A DNA stretch of 44,726 bases from the IMG/VR virus record IMGVR_UViG_3300020258_000009, positions 1-44,726 of that record; one strand, 5' to 3'. Each line of letters starts with the position of its first letter. The stretch's first letter is position 1. Of the stretch, positions 9,335-19,200 are shown in pieces. Position numbers and translations under genes: made by a program. Origin of the DNA: a virus (lineage: Duplodnaviria; Caudoviricetes). Under the pieces are notes generated by a model. The model was not told the origin of the DNA. It ran no database searches and worked only from the letters and a program-made list of their open reading frames with translations.

Positions 9335-9397
9335 CTCAGCTGGTAGAGCAGGGCTTTTGTAAAGCTCAGGTCGCAGGTTCAAGTCCTGTGGCAGGCT
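9325..9397 (+). tRNA. trnT: tRNA-Thr(TGT)
   Basis: Acceptor GCCTGCC/GGCAGGC, D-arm GCTCAGCTGGTAGAGC, anticodon loop TT-TGT-AA, T-loop GGTTCAAGTCC. Confidence 0.93.
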
Positions 9398-9444
9398 TGG
9401 GGAGTACAAAAGATCTCCGTATAGAAGGAGCGCCCCTTTTTTAA

Positions 9445-9527
9445 GTCGGTATGGCGGAATTGGTAGACGCGCTGGGTTTAGGTTCCAGTGTCTTTATGAC
9501 GTGGAGGTTCAAGTCCTCTTACCGACA
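9445..9527 (+). tRNA. trnL: tRNA-Leu(TAG)
   Basis: Acceptor GTCGGTA/TACCGAC, D-loop GGAATTGGTAGAC, anticodon arm CTGGG-TT-TAG-GT-TCCAG, long variable arm, T-loop GGTTCAAGTCC. Confidence 0.93.
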
Positions 9528-9539
9528 TTTGGAGGAAAT

Positions 9540-10160
9540 ATGATTAATGTATATGATGACTGGTTACAACCAGAGTTGATGAATATACTACGAGATACTT
9601 TTCTGTCAAGTAATTTGCCATGGTATCTCCCATCAACTAAATGGTATACTGTACCAAAATCAGTTGCTGATGAATTTAGTGATGATGACAGAGTAATTAC
9701 ATCACCACAGATGGTTCATCCTGTCATTATACAGGGATGGGAGCAGCATACTGGTGGTCACGAAGCATTGCTGATGTATTTTATACGTTCATTTTTTGAA
9801 CAAATATCACAAGGCAAAGAACTGGATGTCATTGTACATCGAATGAAAGCAAATTTGATGCATCGACAAATTTGTGATAAACCACTATTTTTCAATCCAC
9901 CACATATTGACCATGTGAACGATGTTCCTGATGGTTATTTTGCTGCTGTGTGTTTGTATTATCTTGATGATTCTGATGGAGACACGTTTTTCTTCGATGA
10001 GGACTGGGATATTATACAAAGAACAACACCCAAAGCAGGTAGAATGGTTTTATTTGATAATGAAGTTTATCACGCTTCATCTCCACCCCAAGAAAATGAG
10101 GGCAGAATCGTTCTAAACACGAACATATTCCTACCGACCGAGGCAAGATGCCTTGTATAA
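9540..10160 (+). CDS. 2OG-Fe(II) oxygenase superfamily protein
   Basis: SD GGAGG before ATG 9540. HxD (PHID), YYL.DSDGDT.FF, distal His (YHAS) and Arg (RIV). Confidence 0.85.
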   Translation: MINVYDDWLQPELMNILRDTFLSSNLPWYLPSTKWYTVPKSVADEFSDDDRVITSPQMVHPVIIQGWEQHTGGHEALLMYFIRSFFEQISQGKELDVIVHRMKANLMHRQICDKPLFFNPPHIDHVNDVPDGYFAAVCLYYLDDSDGDTFFFDEDWDIIQRTTPKAGRMVLFDNEVYHASSPPQENEGRIVLNTNIFLPTEARCLV

Positions 10161-10163
10161 ATA
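10156..10163 (+). promoter_or_regulatory. T4 late promoter (gp55-type)
   Basis: Perfect TATAAATA 37 nt upstream of the giant structural gene. Confidence 0.8.
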
Positions 10164-10200
10164 CATTGAAGAAGAAGAACAACCCAGGGTTTAGCTAATT

Positions 10201-13200
10201 ATGGCTCTAACAAGACTTGATAATCTGTACTCAAGTAAGACTGGTAAGTACCTATACGTATCGCCAGACGACTTTAACGCTAGTGATGAACTAGACAATA
10301 GAGGTAATAGTCCTCTACGTCCGTTTAAGACTATCCAGAGAGCCTTTATTGAGGTTGCAAGATACTCTTTCCTACCCGCTGAGGGCGGAGAGTCTGTTCC
10401 TGACAGATTTGACCAGTTCAGCATCATGCTGATGCCTGGTGACCACTATATTGATAACCGTCCTGGTCTTGTAGAGTTTAAATCTGGTGCTGCTTCTCGC
10501 TATTTTGACGCTAAAAACCGTATTGTTGCTAACCGTCAAGAAATCATTGACAGAGGTTTTGCTCAGATCGTAGTCGATCACCCTGACTTCTTTGTTCCTG
10601 GCGACCAACAAACTGATGAAGGTTCTAGATATCAAGATGCTTATCGTTTCATCCAGAAGAATAAGCAGTATATTGTAGAGCGTTCTGTTGCTCAGGTAGC
10701 AATTGATTTCCCTGATTTCTACTTCCCTGATGAACCACAGACTGATTCCCAGTCCAGATTTGCTACTGCTTATCGTCTAATCAATCTAAACAGGCAGAAT
10801 ATTATTGATGCTGCTTGGGATTGTATGCTTGCCGCTTATCCAGCAGCAAACCCAACAATGGATAAGTGTAAGCGTGACATTGGTATTCTTGTCGATTACA
10901 CTACTCTAGACCTTTTCCAAGAAGGTAACACATGGTCTAGAGAATTTGCTAAGCAGTATTTTGATGCTAACGGCGATCCTATTGCTAATGGTCTTGTAGG
11001 CGAAGAAACTGAGTCTGTTTATGCTTTCAATGCCGCTAGAGACTTCATGCTAGCAGCAATGACGAACCAAACTAGCGTCACTGTTCAGGGCACTGTTTAT
11101 GACCTCTCTTCCTGGACTCAGGATCTAACACGTACTCCAGACCCTGCTACTGGATCTAACACTGACCCAGCATCTTGTGCTAACGTACAAACAACTCTAA
11201 CCAACCTAGTTGGTATCGTTACCGATGTAATTGTTGCTGGTAACCTAAACTCGATGCCTGCTGAGGCAACCCCTACTATTAGAGAGGGTCAACTCAAGTG
11301 TAACCGTGACACAGGTTTCTTGGTTGATGCTATCTCACTGGATGTTAACCAAGGTGGTGGTAACGTATACACCCGTAAGTTTATCCAGAACTACTTCAAT
11401 GCTGGTGGTACTTCTTGGGTTGATGATGGTCTTCAGGGTGAAGAACAGCAATCCGAAGTTGTCTTTAACAAGGCACGTGACATGATGAAGCAGGCAATCA
11501 CTAACCAAAGTGGTTTCCCATACAAAGATTACACTATCACTCCTGATCCTAACCCAGGTGGTGCCTACGGTTCTGCTGGTTCCAACACTGACAATACTGA
11601 TCCTGCTGTCTGTTCTGATGTACAGAGCATGATCACTACCTTGGTTAACCTTGCTACTACTTACTTTAACCAAGGAAGTCTCGCTAACTTTGTAGAAGAG
11701 ACTGTAAGTGATAATGAAGGTCCTGGTTCTGTTAAGTGTAAGCGTGACCTAGGTCTTATCATTGATGCTGTTGCTGCTGATATCGGCAATGGTGGTAACG
11801 GTAGTGTTATTGCCGCTGCCAAGACATATTTCGATAAAAATGGTCTTCCTATCGGTGATGGTGTTGTTGGTGAAGAGTCTCAGACTGTCACCGCTCTCAA
11901 CGCTGCTGCTGAATGGACCAAGAGAGCAGTTACAAACCAATTGTATGATAAGGATCTTGAGATCCTTCCTGGTCCTGCTTCTTACTCTGGTTATGAGACA
12001 AATGATCCTATTGTTCCAAACTTACCATCGGGTAACTCTGCTACTTGTGTAGACGTTCAAGCAAGCATTGACACCCTATTTGGTATTATCACTACTGTTA
12101 TTACTGATGGAGACCTTGATAGTCTCAACAGTGTACAGGTTACTGGTGATATCCCTGTATTTAACTACAATAGAGCACTACAAGAGTGGCAGGATAACAG
12201 CATCCTAGATCTTTCTAACCCAGACAATGTTCTCTATAAGTTTAACTCGGCTACTGGTGGCGCTATTGTTCCTAGAGGTTGCTCTCTTATTGGTTATGAC
12301 CTTCGTCGTACCGTCGTTCGTCCTCTATACGTTCCTGACCCCGCTGATCCCTCTACCGAAAGAACCTCCATCTTCAACCTGACTGGTGGTTGCTATCTCT
12401 GGCAGTTTACAATCAAGGACGGTGATCTATCTTCTAACTCACCACTATATGATAATACCGCTAATGTAGGTAAGGTATACTATCAGAAGGGTAACAACTC
12501 TCAGCTTGCCATTCCTGAGTATTCTCACCATAAGATCTGTATCATGACTTATGCTGATACAGATGATCTACAACTGTATTATGATAAAGTCGGTACAGCA
12601 TTTGCTCTGTTCCAACCAACAATTGATGATGGCGACTTCAATGCTCTGCCACAGGAAAATAGAATTGTTGGTCCTCTGTCTGATACTAGAAGTATTATCA
12701 ACATCAGACTGGTTGAGCAAACTGCCTCTGGTAAGACTGTTATTGAGGCAACAACCAAGGTTGCTCATGGATACTTCAAAGAGCAGTACATCGCTATCAT
12801 TGACACTGGACTTAATGATGCCCTGAATGGTACATTCAAGGTCACTGCTATTGATGAAGATAACCCCAAACTGTTCCGTTATGAGGTAGATACAACTCCT
12901 CAACAGTTGGGTCTAGACATCAACACTGTTGGTTACACTACACCTGATCTAAGTCTTGCTGCTAGAGCACAGGCAGAGATCGACTCCGTTGAGTCTGCTT
13001 CTCCTTACGTCTTTAACTGCTCCATCAGATCCACCTGGGGTCAGTGTGGTATGTGGGCAGACGGTTCTAAGGCGACTGGATTTAAGTCGATGGTTGTCGC
13101 CCAGTACACGGGTGTTTCGCTACAAAAAGACGACCGTGCTTTCATCCGCTACGATGAGTTCAGCAACACCTGGAACCAGGCATCTCTAACCGATGCTTTC

Positions 13201-16200
13201 GCTACCACTGCTTACCACACCAAGGGTGATGCTTATTGGAAGGATGACTGGAGAAACTTCCACATCCGTGCTTCTGATGACTCCTTCATCCAGTGTGTTT
13301 CGGTCTTCGCTGTTGGTTTCTTCGATCACTTCCTGATGGAAAGTGGTGGTGACATGTCTATCACCAACTCGAACTCTAACTTCGGTAACACATCTCTACA
13401 CTCTGTTGGTTTCAAAGGATTCTCCTTCAACCAGGACAAGGGTGGATACATCACTGACATTGTTCCTGTCAAGAAAGTCGATACCAGTGCTTTCAACCAG
13501 GAAGATCTCAAGTATTATCCTCTATCTAACCAGGCAACCAAGGTTGATGGTAACCAGACCAGACTATACTATTCTGGCGATGATGTATATTCTCCATTCG
13601 AGAAACCTGCTACATCGATCGATGGTTACCGACTTGGTGCTCTAACTAACGATAAGGTATTCCTCAAACTACCTAAGTTGGGTGGTGGCAATGCCATCTA
13701 CGAATCTATTGTTTCTCCTTCTGGTTTCAGACAGTATACTGCTTCGCTAGAGACTCTCAACCCAGATGGTGTTCAGATCAATAGCAATGCTCAGGATGCT
13801 TCGAACCTCATCGAGACTAACAAAGCATTCATCCAAAGAGAAGCATACAACTACATCATCACACGTTATCCTGCTCTACAGCAGAATACCAATATCACTA
13901 TCACCAAGTGTGAGAGAGACATCGGATACATTGTTGATGCTGTCATCCAAGACTTGAGAATTGGTGGTAACATCAATAGCATTCAAGCAGCAGAAGCTTA
14001 CTACGTTGGTGGTACTCTTTCTTACATCGATACTGAGTTTAACGAATCGATTGAAGCATACGAGTATGTGAAGAATCTCTGTATTGGTGCTATGAGGAAT
14101 TTTGACTACCTAGTCAAGAATCCTACCATCACTGCTGGTTCTTCGATCATTGACGTTGGCAACACCGCTGGTCTTCTAGTTGGTATGACCGTCAACCAAT
14201 ATCAGTACACTGATACTGCTAATGGTGATGATCCTGCTACTGCTAACTTCACCAATGGTAGACTACGTGACAATGCTATCGCTACCAACACTCTAATTCC
14301 TAACAACTCTTATATTAGACGTGTTATTGACTCCGAGAGAATTGAGATTGGTAACTCCCAACCTGTTCTAAGCACAGATGCTCAAGGATTTGTTTCTGCT
14401 ACCTTCGGTAATGCTGTTGTAGCAAACTCTCCTGGTTCTACTAGTGGTGCTTATCTCTACTTCGAGTTCCCTAAGACAGCATCGACTCTAGATTCTGATG
14501 ATGTTCTACAGGGTGGTTACAGTGATATCAACCCAGTAAGAGATAGTTCTGTACTACAAGACACCAGTGTCTGGGATGCTGCTGATCAGGGTTATCCTGA
14601 GTGTAATGACATCCTCACTCTTATCGAGGGTTACTTCACTGAGTTCTTCTTGATCCTCAACAATGGTTTAACACCTCTTGGTGGCACCGAAGTTGATGCT
14701 CACAACCTAATTCTTGCTAACAAGACTTTCATCGCTACTGAAGCGGTTGAGAGAATGCTTCTCGATCCTGCTAATGCTAACTTCGTCATTCCTGGTGGCA
14801 ACCAAGAATGTATCGACGACGTTGAGTTGTTCCTAGAAGCAATCGCTTACAACATTAAGTACGGCGGTAACGACAAAGTTTATGATGGTGCTCTAAATTA
14901 TGTCCAGCAACCTGGACTAATCAACGACGAGAGAGACGAGTCTGTACAGGTTTACACTCAGATGAGAGATCTAGCGATCTCTGCTATGAGAAACGAACCA
15001 ATCACAGTTCAAGGTTCTCATGGTTTGACTCAGTTCTTTGATAACAATGTCCTAGGCGATACTTCGAGTCAACCTGGAGTCTATGACTTCGCTAATGACT
15101 GTGCTGACATTGCTAGCTCCATCACGGTATTCAATGCCCTCATCACTCAAGCAATCGGTACTGACGCTGCTCCTGGTAACCTAGTTGGTATCACCAGAAC
15201 AGAACCTTCCTTCAATGTTGCTACGAGAGTTGAACCAGTTGTAGACACTGCTAACCTTGCTGCCCGTGCTACAATCTTCACCATCAATACTGGTGCTTCT
15301 ACTTCTGATCCTCACCTATTTGAGACTGGAACACCTGTAAGACTTGTTCCTAAGATTAGATCTGGTGTTGATCCTGCTACTGTAGACAAGCGTGTTATCA
15401 GACTTCCCAAGGGATTTGATACTAACACCATCTACTATGTCATTGCTCCTGGTAGAACTACACAACCAGAAGATTACTCGGCACCTGCTACCTATCCCAA
15501 CGTTTTCGAGAAGACTAACACAACCAAGTTGATGTTGGCGACGACTAAGGAGAACGCTGCTGCTGGTATCTACATGTATTCTCCAGAGACTGACTCTGTT
15601 GACTATGATGTAGAAATTGGCGTCAATCAGTTCGTACTTGATGAGTCTTATAACCTCCATCAATATGTTTGTAACTTCCCAACTGGTCTAACTGACGTTA
15701 TCGAGACGGACGTTCCTCACATCTTTGACGTTCCTGGAGCAGAAAATGTTGTCCATGAAGTGTTCTTCAGAACATTTGGCGACAACTCAACTCTTCCACA
15801 GATCACCAACGCTGGTGTTACTGCTGAAGTAGACACTCTCAAGTATTACTATGTACGATTCGTCACACCTAAGACATTCGCTGTATTTAACACCAAGGCA
15901 GAAGCGGTTGCTGGTTCACCTAGAATCACGTTTGCTCCTAACTTCGGACAAAACTTCTACACCTTCGCTAACAAGCGTGTCTCCCCTGTAAAATTTGACC
16001 CAACTAGAGATGACTCTGCTCTACCAGTAGATAATCAAGAGACTACTACAGGTCAGTGGTACATCCAAACTACGGATGATTATGATCCTGCTGTAAACAT
16101 TCAGGCAAGAATGAATGAGATCGGTCAAGATCTCAAGGATGCTCGTTCCAAGAACACCTCCTTCAAGCGTCTTGCTGATGCCAGAACTGCTCTCGATAGA

Positions 16201-19200
16201 ATCTATCGTCTACGTTATGTCATTCCTAAGTATGCTGAAGGTGTACGTGATCCTCTCAATGGTTTCGTTCTTAAGGCAAGAACTGACGAGACAAGAAAAC
16301 TCCTACCACAGAGAATCCTACTGAAGCCAACTGCTTCTGGTCAGGCAGATGTTGCTCTATTCGAGACACAAATCCAACTTACTGCTGGTGGTACACTCGC
16401 TCAGCAACTAGGTCTTCCTGCTTCTTCTCTTGATCCTAACTTCGATTATGATCCATACCTAAGCAGCCAGGTTAAGAAGATTACATCTGATAGAGTTGCT
16501 TCTAAGACTGGTTTCAGCATTCAATCTGCTAGACAGGTTAATGTCAGTGGCACTGATTACCTAGAACTGACTGTATTTGACCACACAATCACTGATGACG
16601 CTGTAAGAAACGAGCAGTTTGTAACTATCAAGATCAACGCTCCTCAGGGTGGCAGTGGTCAGTTCAGAATTAACACTTCTGCTTCTACGAACCTTAACAA
16701 GATTACCTGGAATGGTTTCTCTTCTGGTTCTGCTTATGTACAAGGTTACTTCAACCCAGATGGCACTGATGAGCACTACCTAGTCCTCAAGGGTCTAGAT
16801 GGTGATGTAGTCAGATATGATAGAAACTCTGCTACAACGTTCTCACAACCTGTTCTAGATGCTGATGACGATCCTGTACTAGATGCTAACGGTAACCAAG
16901 TTCTAATCTACGCTACCCTACAAGCAAAAGCAAACAGTGTAGGTTCTCCTAATGACTCGCTAAGCAAGTCTGACAGAAAGGATTACCTCTACAGCGATAA
17001 GAACTCCAATGTTCTTACCATGACTCCTGGTGATATCATCACTGACGACGATGGTAACGACTACGAGATTGCTTCTGTTACTGATGCTGGTGAGATTGAA
17101 GACACCTTCTACATCTTCGATATTGAAGAGATTAAGCGTCGTATTCCTAACCAGCAAGAAGGTATCTACTACCTAACTTGTGTTAAGGGTAACATCTCTC
17201 CATATCCAACTGGTCCTGGAATTGGCACTAACTTCCGTGGATTCAAGTTCTCCCAGCCTATTGGTCAACTGTATCCTCTAGACTACAAGAACGATCCCCT
17301 CTGGTTCCAGATCCGTCCAGATAATACTAGAGACACCACGATTCTTGACACTGATCCAACGGTCTGTGCTGCTGACAACTTCATTCATGGTCTTGTTACT
17401 ACTAACGACTACAAGAACAGTGAAACCAAGGAAGTTATCCTTGACTTCGTTGAGAACCCTGCTCTAAGCAGATATGAGTACACTACCAATCTTATTCAGG
17501 CACAAGATGGTAACGCCGCTTCTGGTTCTGAAGATAGACTAGTCCCAATTAGTGGTGATTCTGTCTATCCTACAGAGAAGAGACTATATGTTGAACTACG
17601 TCGTCCTTCTATCGCTAGATCTGGTAACCACACGTTTGAATACCTCGGTTTCGGTCCTGGTAACTACTCCACTGGTTTCCCACTCCGTCAGGAAGTTGTC
17701 CTGGAAGACATCCAAGACTTCTACGCTCAGGCAAAACGTGAAGATGGCGGTATCGTCTTCTACACTGGTCTGAACTCCAACGGTGACCTTTACATCGGTA
17801 ACCGTAAGATCAACGCTATCACAGGTGAAGAAACCTTCCTTGAGAGAGCAGAACTACTATCGTCTGATGATGATGGTGGAGACATCGGTGGTCTGGTTAC
17901 AACCTTCGAACTACCTGTTGCTTTCGAGCAAGAGATCACAGTTGACGGCAACGCTCTGTTCAACAACCCTGTAACCATCAACGTTGACGACAATGAACCA
18001 AATGCCTTCACTGTTGTCTCTAACGTTGACTCCAATGCTGGCGGTGATCTAACTCTAGACTCCAGTTCCTGGAGCAGAAGCACCATTGCTTCTGAGGGTA
18101 ACGTTGTCATCCATCAGAACCAGATCTTCTCTGCTGTTTACAGACTAAACCCACGTGGCAGCACTCTTCTCTCTGGTCAGGATTACAGCATTAGAACCCA
18201 CGTTGACCAAACAAATGGCAACACTCCAACTAATAAGACTCCTAATCAGTCTAACTCCAACCTAGGTCTTGAAGTTGAGTATGGTCTCAACACAAACAAT
18301 GGACCTACTGCTGGTGACATCCTACTCAAGGGTGAGGAAGTTGGTAGAACTGGTTCACTTGGTTGGATCTATGCCAACTACTATCAGTCCTTCGAGGCAA
18401 ACATTGCTAGCACCACTGCTATCGGTGATGGAGCAGTACCAGCTGGACCTGGACCTAAGGTCAGATTCAACATGATCAATGGTGAATCGCCTGCTGCTAA
18501 CAACATTCAAGTTGGTAGCATTGTTAAGATCGCTGGTCTTCAGGGTAGATTCCTCAACGTCAACGGCATTAGAGTTGTTCAGTCTGTAACTGGAACTGAC
18601 TTCGTTGTCAGCGCTCCTGTTGTTATCGACATGAGTCAAACAGATGATCCTACTGCTATCCCAGCAGACGGTGTTGTCTCTGTCTCGCTAAGCAAGTGGA
18701 CTGAAACTGGTCTGATTGGTGCTGAAGCACTCAGAACTAATGTTGATGTCAATGGTAGTTACGCTCTGGGTATCAACACCCTAGCAAGATCTGCTCACAG
18801 TGATTATACCAACGGATTTAGTTCTTCCGCTGTTGATCCTAGAGCAAACCTAGATGTTGTTGGTAACGTATTCATCAGCGGTAAGGTTCTTTCTGCTAAT
18901 GGTTATGATAACTTCCCACTCCTTGCTAACAGATCGTTTGCTGAGATCAACAACGCTCTGTTGATTGGTGGTGATTCTACTCAACCTAACTTGGAAGCAA
19001 CATTTAGAGTTGCTACATCTAATGGTCTACAAGGTAACCACGCTGGTCAATCTCAAGGTTCTGTAAGAACTGTTTCTGGTGGTAGAGTTGGTATTAACGT
19101 CTCCGATGGTGATACTAACCACACCCTGACAGTTGTTGGTGACGCTAGAATCAGTGAGAATGTTCTTCTCGAACAGAATCTAGCAGTCAACGGTGGATCT

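Noticed and set aside
9501-9539. ORF-track GTG start of the oxygenase
   Set aside because: It lies inside tRNA-Leu. ATG 9540 has a GGAGG SD.
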